Source: Paraspadella gotoi | Taxonomy: Eukaryota; Animalia; Chaetognatha | Assembly (NCBI GenBank): GCA_051294375.1 | Contig: CM119265.1 | Location: 24,276,247-24,340,246 of the forward strand | Direction: 5' to 3' | Length of the DNA stretch: 64,000 nucleotides | Shown: in pieces, positions 1 through 12,200 of the stretch | How positions within the stretch are numbered: the stretch's first letter is position 1 | How the letters are laid out: every line of letters begins with the position of its first letter | The notes under the pieces: model-generated | What the model was told of the DNA's origin: nothing | The model's input: only the letters and a program-made list of their open reading frames with translations | Database searches by the model: none | Program-made: the position numbers and the translations under genes

Positions 1-10
1 TCTCCCTCAC

Positions 11-115
11 CTTATCCGCTCGTCTCCCTCGGCGTAGAACTGCACGGATGGACACTCGATTTTGGGCGCAAACAAAACGTTTAATTTGTTGACGCCGCAG
101 GAGGGAAAAGCGGCG
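11..115 (-). CDS. Exon of an Ig-superfamily (nephrin/kirre/sidestep-like) gene; 5' boundary abuts an N gap
   Basis: Minus strand reads c|AAFPSCGVNKLNVLFAPKIECPSVQFYAEGDERI(R), then AG|GTGAG donor. LNVLFAP resembles the Ig G-strand/inter-domain linker LNVxYxP. Confidence 0.65.
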
Positions 116-322
116 NNNNNNNNNNNNNNNNNNNNNNNNNNNNNNNNNNNNNNNNNNNNNNNNNNNNNNNNNNNNNNNNNNNNNNNNNNNNNNNNNNNNN
201 NNNNNNNNNNNNNNNNNNNNNNNNNNNNNNNNNNNNNNNNNNNNNNNNNNNNNNNNNNNNNNNNNNNNNNNNNNNNNNNNNNNNNNNNNNNNNNNNNNNN
301 NNNNNNNNNNNNNNNNNNNNNN

Positions 323-570
323 TGTGTTGATATTTTTGGTAAGTCCTACGAGAGATAGTGAGAGAGTCTTGATTGGTAAGTCTTGATTGGTAAGTACTAC
401 GAGAGAAAGTGAGAGAGTCTTGATTGTAAACTTGCAAGGACCTGCTAAGGGACCTGCTGTTGTGAGAGTGATGGAGGCCTTAAACTACCAAAGCCTGTCC
501 AAAGTCAGGGGCAAGATAGCTTATTTATTAAATGAATGGATAAATTTTATATTGGTTGTATCAATGTCAT
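323..570. repeat. Dispersed repeat; ~160 bp shared with 7008-7163
   Basis: gagagtcttgattg...gagtgatggaggcc...aagcctgtccaaagtcaggggcaagatagcttatttattaaatgaatggata occurs at both sites. Confidence 0.8.
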
Positions 571-1740
571 GACAATGTTGACGGGTAAACCCGTCTTTAA
601 CCGTTTATTAATTCAATTATTAGAACAATCTAATGCGGTCGAGGTAACCGCGTTGGCAGCGTTGGCTGACTTGCCATTGGAACGAACCACAGTTACGATA
701 TCTTAAAATAATATTGTGTATGTATTAATTTAATTCACTTATATGTACAATTTATTTCCCGTTATTTGTAAATTCATAATTTTTGCTATGTGTAATTCTG
801 ATTAATACCATATGTCGATATTGTGTCTATCTAGTATCTAAATGTCTTATCGAGATGCCTCGCCGCATTTGAACTGTATAAAAAAAAGGATAGAAAAATA
901 AAGCGGCGGGTCGCCAGGCATCGCGGCCTCTCGGAACGCGAGACCCATCGTTTATCATTTCCTTCCCTAGTATCGATCTTATTTTTTTNNNNNNNNNNNN
1001 NNNNNNNNNNNNNNNNNNNNNNNNNNNNNNNNNNNNNNNNNNNNNNNNNNNNNNNNNNNNNNNNNNNNNNNNNNNNNNNNNNNNNNNNNNNNNNNNNNNN
1101 NNNNNNNNNNNNNNNNNNNNNNNNNNNNNNNNNNNNNNNNNNNNNNNNNNNNNNNNNNNNNNNNNNNNNNNNNNNNNNNNNNNNNNNNNNNNNNNGAGAG
1201 AGACAGAGAGCGATACGAAAAACTTGTTTTACGTTGTGCCGAGGCTTGTGGAATGACGTGAAAACCGATTCACTTTAGGATCATCGACTGAGTTTTTAAT
1301 TATTTTTTGTTAAGTGCGTCATTTTCCTTAATCTTTCTATTTTTAAAATACGTACTTGACTTAATAACTAGATCAATGAGACCTATTGGCTTTCCTCCAC
1401 GTCTTTAATTTTTATTCTACGTATACCTTTGCATCCGTATCGTATTTATTTTAATCATTTTTCAAACTTATGCAAACAATTATTATGGTTCATTCCTAAC
1501 TAAAGTAAAACAGTTTGATCTCACGGTGAACTTACCAATAACAAGTTGACCGCGACCTCAGGCTGCTTAAAATTCTTCTCTTCTCTTCTCTCTCTCTCTC
1601 TNNNNNNNNNNNNNNNNNNNNNNNNNNNNNNNNNNNNNNNNNNNNNNNNNNNNNNNNNNNNNNNNNNNNNNNNNNNNNNNNNNNNNNNNNNNNNNNNNNN
1701 NNNNNNNNNNNNNNNNNNNNNNNNNNNNNNNNNNNNNNNN

Positions 1741-1773
<33 letters not shown>

Positions 1774-2860
1774 TTCTCAACGCAACCGATAAATAACGAT
1801 TTTCTATCCATCGCTCTCGGCCGCCAACTACAATGAAGGTAATGCGCGTTCGGGGAGAAAGAAAGAAATAAAAGAAAAAACATAAAATAATAAAAAAGAA
1901 AGAGATAAAGAAAAAAACATAAAAGAAACATTAATAAGATTTTTTTTTAATATTTCGCGAATCAAGTATAAAAGAAAAGTCATAAATCACAATTTGGTTC
2001 ATCGAACCTTCGTAGTTTAATTATCGAGATAAACCTGATTTACACCAGATCTCTCTCTCTCTCTCTCTCTCTNNNNNNNNNNNNNNNNNNNNNNNNNCCT
2101 CGGTCTGTTCACCTAATTAAGGTGTGATGAAAATCATAGCAATGCCCGAATGATTTTGTTCAATCTCTCTTCTTAATCCCGTGACCTTTTAGTCTATCCG
2201 CCTGTGTCATTTGTGTTAACAGTCTCTGATTCCTCTTGTACTCAGGACGTCCTTCTCCCTCTCTCATGCCCTGTCATCAGTTGCATCTTTTCAAACACGC
2301 AACCGCACTAAATCATTCCGTAAATTTTCATAATCACATTCGCTCTCGTGCGCCACTAACATAAGGTAATTCCCATTTACCCTCTCTCAGTGGACCTTGC
2401 GCGCGCTTTCGTGTGAGAGAAAAGTAACACTTGAAACTACAACTCTAAAGCCTACACAAAACATAAAATAATAAAGAAAGAGTAGTATACAGGGTAGAGA
2501 AAAACATACAGAAAACATTAATAAGATTTTTTTTTAAATATTTCCGAATCAAGTATAAAAGAAACACCATAAATCACAATTTTGGTTCATCGAACCTTTC
2601 TGCGCGTCTAGTTTTAATTATGCACGAGATAAACCTCGATTTAATACATCAGAATCTCTAATCTCTCTACTCTCTCTCTTGCGTCATGCTTTTCTCTGCT
2701 TCTATCTCAGTCTCGACTTCGCTCTCTCTCTCTCCTCATCTCTCTCTCTCTCTCTCTCTCTCTTCTCCTCTATCTCTCTCTCTCTCTCTCCGAAAGGAGG
2801 AAAAAAAAGATGAGAGTAAATTTGCTTTTCTCTCTCTCTCCCTCTCTCCCCCCCCTCTCT

Positions 2861-2900
<40 letters not shown>

Positions 2901-3738
2901 CTCCTCTCTCCTCCCCGGAAAGGAGAGAAAAAAATGAGAAGTAATTTGCGTTTCTATATTCGATGGGTAATTGTGTATGAAATTATATATTTTCTATTTT
3001 GTAAAAAAAAATATTAGAATTCAAGCTTTATGGACAGTATTTACAACGTAAGGAAGTTACAACCTTAAATCGTCGTGTACAAAATAAAAAGCGCATTGTA
3101 CAGGAAATAAGCACGTACATAAAAATAGAGATTAGATTAAAAATTGGTTAAACGTCTATAAAAAGATTATTTGAAGCGTTAATAAACATCCCAATATTCT
3201 CATATTGTCTAAATTATTCTTATTAAAAATAGATTAAAAAAAAGTTATTGTCAACAAATTTGAACAAGTCAGACAAAACTTTCTTAAAGGCGAAAAATAC
3301 GACAACATATTTTCCATGATATGAAGTAATGATATGAAATGTTAAAAACCAAAATGAAGAGCCCCCGCTTTTTTCCAAATCATTCTTCGTAATGCGATAT
3401 TGTTTTTATTTTAATTAAGAGTCTCGGAAATAACGGTTTCTACAAGCTTTTTATTTTTTACATCTTTACATTTAAAAGTTTTCATTGAAAATTGAGTCGT
3501 TGCGACGAAAACAAGTGAACATCTTCGATCCTGGGATCATCGAGTCTCTCGATCTCGCTCTCACTCTCACCAACTTTTATCATCTTGATGATCTTTCCGT
3601 TAAATTCTCATCTTAAACAAACTGCAGTGGCTCTGAAATCTGGGCGACATGAAAGATGTTAACCTCCACCTCCTCTCCTCTTTGACTTCCTCCCTCTCTT
3701 CCTCCCTCTCCTCTTCCTCTTCCTCCCCAACTCCTCCT

Positions 3739-3851
3739 TCAAAGGATGACGCACTTCTTCTCGTCGACGGTCGCCTCTCCAGTCGTCTTCGACATCTGGC
3801 GACTCACTTTGACCGGGTCCATCGAGGTCGTTTTGATCGAGGCGGCTTCGC
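3739..3851 (-). CDS. Exon 2 of a 62-aa CaaX-terminated microprotein
   Basis: Acceptor tccctctccctcccccaactttgtccAG. Phase-1 continuation (G)EAASIKTTSMDPVKVSRQMSKTTGEATVDEKKCVIL-TGA in a GC-rich, codon-like patch. Confidence 0.7.
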
Positions 3852-4207
3852 CTGGACAAAGTTGGGGGAGGGAGAGGGACAATGATGACGAAAATGAAGG
3901 ACAAAGATGGTAATCGACGAAGAGGAAATTGGATAAGGACAAACATGGCCCAACATGGCTCAACATGGCTCAACATTGCCCATGTCGTGGGCAATGTGAA
4001 GAGCTTTGGGAATGAATTAATCTGAATACAATTATACAAATTTTGGATACAAGACGGTTAGTGGACAACAAAGGCCAACAATCGATAGGATATTTGAAAA
4101 TTAATCAATAAATAATGAATTAACTTTGAAAACGAATTTGATATCAGCAGCACGAGACCCATTTGATACGAAAGCGTCATAACCGAACTTCACCAAATGG
4201 AACTTAC

Positions 4208-4283
4208 CTCCCTGCGCCGACGTTTCCGCGGCCGACTGCTTGGGTTCTCCCAAATCCGGGTTCGTCTTGATTTCCGACGCCAT
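4208..4283 (-). CDS. Exon 1 of a 62-aa CaaX-terminated microprotein
   Basis: ATG at 4283, MASEIKTNPDLGEPKQSAAETSAQG + 1 nt, then consensus donor AG|GTAAGT. 76+113 nt = 63 codons including the stop. Confidence 0.7.
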
Positions 4284-4502
4284 TGAGCTTCGATTTATTC
4301 GCTTTTTCTTTAGCTTTTTTTGCTTTTTTTATCGCTATTTGAATCTTATCGCGCGATTTCGACGAAAGTTTTCTCTTTTAATTCAGTAGTTTTTTTTTTT
4401 TTTTTATTTTCAATTTTTGGATTCCTGAAATGAAATTTTTTTTTATTTTGAAATATTGCGTCGCCAAGAAAAAAGTGGAAACTGGTCCGGTGAGTTCGGC
4501 AA

Positions 4503-4546
4503 AAGCCAATCAGAGACGAGAATGGCGCTATCGTCAGCCAATCAGC
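4503..4546. promoter_or_regulatory. Tandem NF-Y-type CCAAT boxes upstream of the microprotein gene
   Basis: Two identical AGCCAATCAG motifs (CCAAT at 4506 and 4538, 32 bp apart), about 220-260 bp upstream of the ATG. Confidence 0.55.
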
Positions 4547-4609
4547 GAGCAAATTTAAAACGCACCTCCTCTATATTACGCACGCGATTTGAGCGATAAT
4601 TAACAAAAA

Positions 4610-4926
4610 TCCGAAAAAAAAACCCCAGTCCACGTCAAGATTAAACTGTTCGCGATTTAATGTGAAATTTTATATTACTTGGAAACGGGGTTTTATGTAA
4701 ATCGGTTTGAATTTTAAAGCGATATATTTTTCTTTCCTCGGCGCGCCGTTGATCGAGCGGACCGGAAGCAAAAATCCAATAATTTTAAATCCTCGACGGG
4801 AACGAAAAGCGGAGACTTCCAATACTCGAGACATTTCAAAGTTGCAAGTGGTATTTTCATTCGGAGCAATAAGCAAAGAATCGTTTAAGACTTTCAATTT
4901 CCTCAGCTCACTTTACCTTTCGCCAT

Positions 4927-4960
<34 letters not shown>

Positions 4961-5031
4961 TTCTCTCTCTCTCTCTCTCCTCTCATTCTTAAATACAGTG
5001 TCACTCTCTTTTTTATTTCTCTCTGTCGCGC

Positions 5032-5078
<47 letters not shown>

Positions 5079-6332
5079 TTCTCTCTCTGTCTTTCCTTGT
5101 CTAACTCACTCTCCCAGTTAAAACACTAATACCTGCAGGCTGCATCTAAGCCTTTAGAAAATTCTGTAATGAATATAATATAAGAAAACATTAATTTAGG
5201 TTTTTTTAAAAAATGACTGTGAATCCATTCTAACGCACTTCCTTAACGTGATTCCCTTCCATTTTCCTCACCTTCTACCCATCCCTCCGTGACTTCCCTT
5301 GTGGCACCTTTAAGCTCCTCGTCTCGTGCGCAGCTTCGTGGTTATCCTCTCTCTTAGCTTTCCGCTGCCTGCGCCCTGACCTTTTCCTTCTCAGTGATGC
5401 TTGCCTTGGCTTACTTCTCTCGCGCGATCTAAGCGCCGATCTTGGAGCTAATCTAGCCCGATCTAAGCGCCGATTTTCGAGCTAATCTAAGCGCCGATAT
5501 TCGAGTAATTTAAGCGCCGATCTTCGAGCTAATCTAAGCGCCGATCTTGGAGCTAATCTAGCGCCAATCTAAGCGCCAATCTTCGAGCTAATCTAAGCGC
5601 CGATCTTTGAGCCTAATCTAAGCGGCCGATCTTCGAGCTAATTTAAGCACCGATCTTGGAGCTAATCTATCGCCAATCTAAGCGCGATCTTGGAGCTAAT
5701 CTAAGCGCATCTAAGCGCCGATCTTTGAGCTAATCTAAGAGCCAATCTGGAGCTAATCTAAGCGCCCGTTTGGAGCCTAAATTAAGTGCCCGATCTTCGA
5801 GCTAATCCAGCGCCGATCTGGAGCAATCTAACGCCATCTAAGCGCCGATCTGGGAGCTAAACAAGTACCAATTAGCACCGATCTTGGAGCTAATCTAAAG
5901 CGCCGATCTAAGGGCTGATATACGCGCCGAACGACGGGACTAATTCGCGTCAATTTCGTGCCCGTGAGTGCGCCGGGAACGAATCCCACATACACAACTC
6001 TGCATATTTTTTATTCAGTCAGAAAATCTCTCTGCATAACGTTTTTGACAACCTAGCGCCTTCTGATCAAGAGTGGCGATCCGTCTTAACTTCATAACCG
6101 TCCACGCGCCCGTCTACGCCCCGTCTACGCGCCCGTTTCACGCGCCAAAACCGCGTGCCTCTGCCTCGTTTGCCGCGGCTCATCAAGATTTATGATTTCG
6201 TCACAACTCGAGGAGAAAACGGTCAAAGGAAAATTGATGAATGAAGAGATAGGAGAGAGAGGTGCTGGGGATAGAGTGTAGAAATAGGTGAAAGAAAGGT
6301 GAGAGAGTGGACGGGGAGAAAAAAGAAGGAGA

Positions 6333-6370
<38 letters not shown>

Positions 6371-6710
6371 AGATGAGAGAGAGAGAGAGAGAGAGAGGAG
6401 AGAAAGTGGATGGAGAAAAGGTCAAAGGAAAATTGCTGAATGGGAAAGAGAGAGAGGAGCCTGGGGAAAGAGGGTAGAAGATAGGTGGGGGAATGGAAGC
6501 ATTGGAAACTGATAGGAAGGAAAGTTAGAAACCGAAACAGTAATGATTCAAGGTAAGACGAGAGATATAGAAATAGAAAGAAGACGAAGAGAACGAGAGA
6601 AAGGAGAGAGAAAAAAAGTAAATGCGGCAGGGAGCAGGGTAGAACTCCAGGGTAATATTTAGAGATAAGAGAGAGGTGGTAGGAGGCAGAAAGAGGGTAA
6701 AAAAATATGA
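4610..6710. repeat. Multi-copy block A; inverted copy at ~37820-39640, noisy copies at ~31470-33570 (+) and ~36990-37700 (-)
   Basis: Long exact or near-exact matches, e.g. cgcgatttaatgtgaaattt and taatacctgcaggctgcatctaag, and their reverse complements. Confidence 0.9.
5424..5915. repeat. 24-bp minisatellite with 12-bp sub-period (gagctaatctaagcgccgatctt[cg])
   Basis: About 20 units visible; also at 38646-38838 (inverted) and degraded at ~32560-33140. Confidence 0.9.
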
Positions 6711-6813
6711 GGGAGGAAACATAAGCAAGTCTGGAACAGATTCGGAGAGAAAAAAACAGGTCCAGGAAAGGAGAGAGGAGAAAGAGACGAAGAGGAGGAG
6801 AGAGGAAATGAAG

Positions 6814-6847
<34 letters not shown>

Positions 6848-6979
6848 GGGGAGAGAGAAGAAATTGGAATGGAAGAAAAGCGAACATAAGGAGGTTTTGA
6901 AAATCGTTCCGGTGGAAACAGAAATCGTTAGTCTTTTTTATTCATTACGTTCGAGAAAATGTAAAATGTAAATGTAAAA

Positions 6980-7163
6980 TGGGTATCTGGGGTGAATAAA
7001 CGGGACTGTGAGAGTCTTGATTGAAAGCTTGCAGGGACCTGCTATGTCATTATCTTGTAAGAGTGATGGAGGCCTTTAAACCACAAGCCTGTCCAAAGTC
7101 AGGGGCAAGATAGCTTATTTATTAAATGAATGGATAATTTTTATATTGGGTTGTACCAATTTC
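6980..7163 (-). mobile_element. Short retroposon-like insertion (truncated SINE/LINE 3' fragment?)
   Basis: Absent from the inverted copy near 34150-34200. Flanked by taaaatg on both sides, with an (aaatgt)n-like tail at the left; second copy at ~410-570. Confidence 0.5.
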
Positions 7164-7198
7164 ATAAAATGATAAATGGAATAAAAATATCTGAATTA

Positions 7199-7308
7199 AT
7201 CATTCATTCATTTGTTCATTCATTAGTTCATTCATTCATACATTCATTTCATTCATTCATTTCATTCATTCATTCATTCATTCATTCATTCATTCATTCA
7301 TTCATTCA
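7199..7308. repeat. (TTCA)n microsatellite; inverted copy at ~34012-34137
   Basis: Direct reading. Confidence 0.95.
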
Positions 7309-7412
7309 ATCTTTAGGTCATTTATTTATATTTTGAATTCATTCCCTTTCTTCTATTTATTTTTAATACTTTCCTAGATTCAGCAATCAATCATTTTTCC
7401 AATCAATTCATC

Positions 7413-8960
7413 TGATTCCTCCATAAATTTTTAAATTTGTCAGAACGTTTTCTCTTTTTTTTCCATATTTTTTGACACGCTAAACGTTTCTCTGATTACG
7501 CAAAATTTCATGAAAAAAATAAAAAATTAAGTAGAACCAATAGTTAGTGTTATGTCTCGAATAGATGAAAAAAACCTCGTTTAAAAATTCGATCGGGGAA
7601 GTGGGGTAACTAAGTCTTACCATGGCATCCTCCACGCCAATCGTTCTCTCAAAAATTTTTTTTTTATTTAATACATTTGAAAGGGAAAAAAAGAAAATCA
7701 GAATCAGGTTGCAAGAAATGGTACAGATAATCTAGACATACTGACATTATAATCATGACTTTTATGTCTTTTTGAAAGGGGGGCAGTAAAGAAACCTAAA
7801 AAATTCGATCTTTAAGTCAGTCAATGAACCCTTTCAATGGGTATTCCGCGAATTTTTTTTTTTTAATTTAAACGGATGATAAGTAATAGAATTAAATTCC
7901 TTGTAAAAGGTTGTTATATTTAAAAGAAAATTATCAATACCAAATAAACACAATGATGTCTTGCTTTGTCAATATGTCGCCAGCTATGTAATTTTTTAAA
8001 ATTTTATTATGAAACAAGCAGCGTGTCAAAGCTTTTTTGTTTGCAGATTGAAGATAATGGAAAATGACAATTTTTTTTTACAGACAAGAAGATAGACGTC
8101 CAGACTGTTTATATCAATCTGAAAATATTTTTGTATTTTATCATTTTTCATATTTAAAAAAACATTTTATCCAGCTACTTCATAAATTTTTGCTTGTTTT
8201 TTACTTTAACTAAAAAATACAAGCAAATTTATAGAGTAGAGCAAATTTAATGGTAATCAAAAATGTAATTTAGTCTTTCTTTTTCAAATTACGAAAGAAG
8301 AAAAAAAATTTCACATGGCCTTCATTGAAATTTTTAATGCAAAAAACTGTTATACTTTTACTCCGATTTAAAAAAAGCTGTGTAAAGATTTATGGATAAA
8401 ATTTAATAAAACTATTTCAGAGAGTGTCCCATGATTAGGGCTTTAATTAATACCTCACCCACTTTCCTACCTCTTTTCTTTCCAAAGTTTATTAAGAAAT
8501 AATTTTTTGCCGTGAGAGAACTAAGGATTTGAACTACGCAGTACAAATCTTTTGTTAAATAAAAATTTTGGCAAAGCGGGAGTATCTCAATTTATCCTAT
8601 TGGTACAATACCAAATTTTAAAATAAAACCTTAAAGAAAAATTTTCCGTCCTCTAGAGACATATCACTTTCAGGTTTACCCCATCGTCTTACACATTTAT
8701 GATTATGCTGGAAGAAATAGCAAAACGTTTTCTCTTTTTTTTTTAAATAGTTTGTACTAGGCGTCAAAATCTAAGAAAGAAACTCGAAAATTTTATTCTG
8801 ACAAATTTTGCCTTTCAAGGCTGGCGTTATGATATATCTCGGAAACCATTGTAGGAATTTAAAAACCGGTTTTTTGCAGTGAATATGGATATCATCCTCC
8901 AGGGACCGGCATAAAAATATATAAAAAAGAAACTAATATTGGTCTCGAGTGAGGTATCTA
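7413..8960. mobile_element. Non-autonomous hAT-like DNA transposon, ~1.55 kb
   Basis: 8-bp TSD aattcatc (7405-7412 and 8960-8967). Termini t(a)gattcctc...gaggtatcta. Empty site ccatcaattcatccgtacg in the inverted copy at ~33902-33920. No transposase ORF seen. Confidence 0.75.
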
Positions 8961-9123
8961 ATTCATCCGTACGTCTCTCCGCCCTCTGTCCGTCAGTAAG
9001 TGCAGTCAGTCCGGTCCAAGAATCCACGCGACTCCAAAGTCTTGACGACGTCTAAAGTCGTCTATCTCAGTGTCAAACAATTACATCAAAATCGAAGTCG
9101 GATCCCCGCGTTTCCTCTCTCTC

Positions 9124-9168
<45 letters not shown>

Positions 9169-9289
9169 GACGTCCGGGGTTTTTCCATTTCCTAATACAA
9201 ACAGGAAACGAGAACAAGAAAACGTCTGGATCAGCATCGGGATAGAAGAGAGGATGCAGCTGGTGGGAGGAGAGAGGAGAGAGAGAGAG

Positions 9290-12200
9290 GAGATGAGAGA
9301 AGAGAGAGAGGAGAGAGAGAGAGGAGAGAAGACAGAACAAGTTTGATTCGATTAACATTAAATGAATACTGCAATAAAATACGAAATCAATTTATGAAAC
9401 TCTGGTGACGCTGAAAAATTTCACTTTAATTAGGACTAAAGCATCTGACGAAAAAAGTCAGAGGTTTTTTTTAATATATTCTTTGACCGGCCAATGTAGA
9501 ATGATGGCAATACTTGCTATTTTTTAAGTTTCAAAAAAATCCGAACCATAATATTAGAAAATATTAACCAAAATCTTCGGAAAATTCCACCCCTTCTTTG
9601 CGAAAAGATTTTTCGCCATATAGGATTTTTTTCCGAATCTGGCACTCCCTGTTGAAAACTTTCTTTTAGAATGTCCGATTCGTTAGCTTCCTCTTTTTTA
9701 CTTTTACTATTAAATTAAAAATTCACCAAAATGGACTTAATTCACTTAACATTGATCGTTATCATATAAAATTAACACAAATGAAATGTAAAGAAAAATT
9801 TTTGAGAGCCCTTCAGGACATATTATGCTATCTGGATTCCTGAATTGCGAAGATTATACTTGTCAAAAATCGCACAACATATCTTAAATGCGTTGACACC
9901 ATGTATTGAAGTAGTGAGAAAATCCCTCTTATAAGTTTATTATGACTCTATATATAAAAAAATTGCGTCAAAAAAAAAATAATTTTTCCCGAGCGGACCA
10001 GTCCATTTAAATTGAATGGTTCGATGTCAAAGAATGATTGTTATTTGTCAAGAGAAAAAAAAAATGAGAAGCCCTTCAGTATAGCCCAGAGATTAGAGAA
10101 TCGAAGTGTTCTTACATCTGATTTTTTACCTGAATTTTTCCCAGGGGCGTTTGACATTATTTGGTAGTCAGATTTTAACCAAAAAAATCTTCCAATTGAA
10201 AAAAAAGTTCTTCCTCGATTTCTAAGAACGACGTAGACTCCTAACTTAATTCATTATTATATTGTTACTGACTAGGTAAACGATGGTTTTAAAGGATTCA
10301 GGTTTAAGACGATTGTTTTCATTTTAAACAAGTTTTCTTTTCCTGCCAAAACTCTGAAAGTATCTCTTTTCAAATTGTAGTAAACTAGAAAAATCAATCT
10401 ACAAATTGAATTAAATTTTTAGTTTCGCGTACCCAATGCGGAAGGATAGAAAATATAGAGAAAACAAATTATAATTGAAGAGAGATTTATTAATAACATC
10501 GCAGGGAGTATCAAGCTACCAAAACAAATCGGATCGCCGAATCTGATTTGGTCAAGCATGGAACCCGGAATCGGATCTCCTATCAGCTGCTGTTCAAGCT
10601 AATCTTATTGGATACACTTCTTAAAATTTTTTACCCGACGTTCGCTGCGACGATTCCCTCTCCTGGTAGTTATACAAAGAAGTTGTATGAAAACGACTCG
10701 CAGTTAATGGCATAGAAATGGAACGAATTCCAATGTTAAAGATATCGAAGATCGCCCTCGCTCTCCGGAGCGATTTGAAAGCATTAAAGCGGCTCAGATT
10801 TTTTTTACCTCTGGGGGACGAAATAAAAACGGTCATAGATGTCATCAGATAATATATGCGCTGCAGTTTTCGTTGCTTTCGTTATTATTGACAAGCGGCT
10901 CTGCCGTCTTCGGGCGGGACTGTTTTCGGGCTTTAAATGGAACATCAACATATCGGAACAAAATACAATTTAGGTCTTCAAAATAAAAATTAATTGAAAA
11001 TTCAAACTTCTCCAATTTCGCGGCCGACCTACGTGCCCCGCTTCCAAATTGTTCAAGTTTCTGGAAGGTTCGGGCCGCTCCTTGGCGTCGGCCCGGTCAA
11101 TGATCAACCAATCTTCAGAAGTATTTTTACGATTTGCTGAAATTTGTCGTGCAGTTTTAATAAAGAATAAAGGACGGGCGATCTATACATAATAAATTAA
11201 TGTTACTGATGGGTACGTTTTCATATTGGACTAAATTAATTTTTTTTACTTACGCTCTACCGCCCACCAATGGTTAAAAATCAGTTCTATTTTTAGGACC
11301 AGAAAAACGGGAACGCCACGGACTATACCCCTAAACGCCCAGTTAAGACGCCATTTCGAACCGAGGCTAAGGACGAAACTGTTTTAAATTTTAACGCCAC
11401 AATACTATAATTCTTAAACAACTTCGTGTCCTAAGGTTTTCGAAATGGTAATTTTGACATTTCGGTTCGGCGTGGTCCATTCCCATCCCATTCAATCCTA
11501 CTTCGACTGCCGTCCCATGTCCGTTCGTCAACCTGGTTCTGTCTGTCAACGTCCTCGTCAAATCGTCGTCGTCCGGTCAGCGTCGTCGCGTCTCGTCGTC
11601 AACGTACGTCTGGTCAACGTCGTCGTCAGCGTCGTCGTCAGCGTCGTCGTCGTCGTTTCGTCGTCTTCAATTTCCCTCATGGTGGCAGTCGAGTTTATAG
11701 TCGAACGAATAAAAAAACAAAACGAATGTTTTGGTTGGAAAAAAAGCAAAGGATGTTTGCGGAGAAAGAAGAGGATGCGAAGAAGAGGAAGCGGAATTTG
11801 AAGTTAGACAAAGTTTTCTATGATGGGAAATCATGAATCGATTTATTTCTCTTTCTCTCTTCTTTATTTTTATTTTTTCTTTCTCTTTTGTTTTTCTCGT
11901 TCACTCTCTGCCCTTTCTCTCTATTTTTTCCTTCGTTTATAGCTCTCTTTTAACTTCACATTTTCTTAAACCAACAATCCATTCTCTCCACATTTCTTCC
12001 ACCTTTCTCATGTTCCTCCTCCACCGCAATCACTTCGGCCATTTTTGTCTCTTTGGTTTCCTTGTCCAGAGAGTCCACAATCAGGTCTTTCAATTTTTCT
12101 CTCTCCTTTTCCTCCACCAAATCGACTCTCGCCCATTTTTTTTCTTTCGCTTTCCATCCGAACCATAATCCAACCTCTCCCATTTTTCTCTTTCGTGTTT

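Noticed and set aside
860-960. Solo LTR suggested by TATAAAA followed by AATAAA
   Set aside because: No TG...CA termini or TSD could be defined, and both motifs are common in AT-rich DNA.
1790-2660. Tandem duplication around the 2073-2097 gap
   Set aside because: The second copy is an insertion-rich version of the first next to a 25-N gap, so an overfill artefact.
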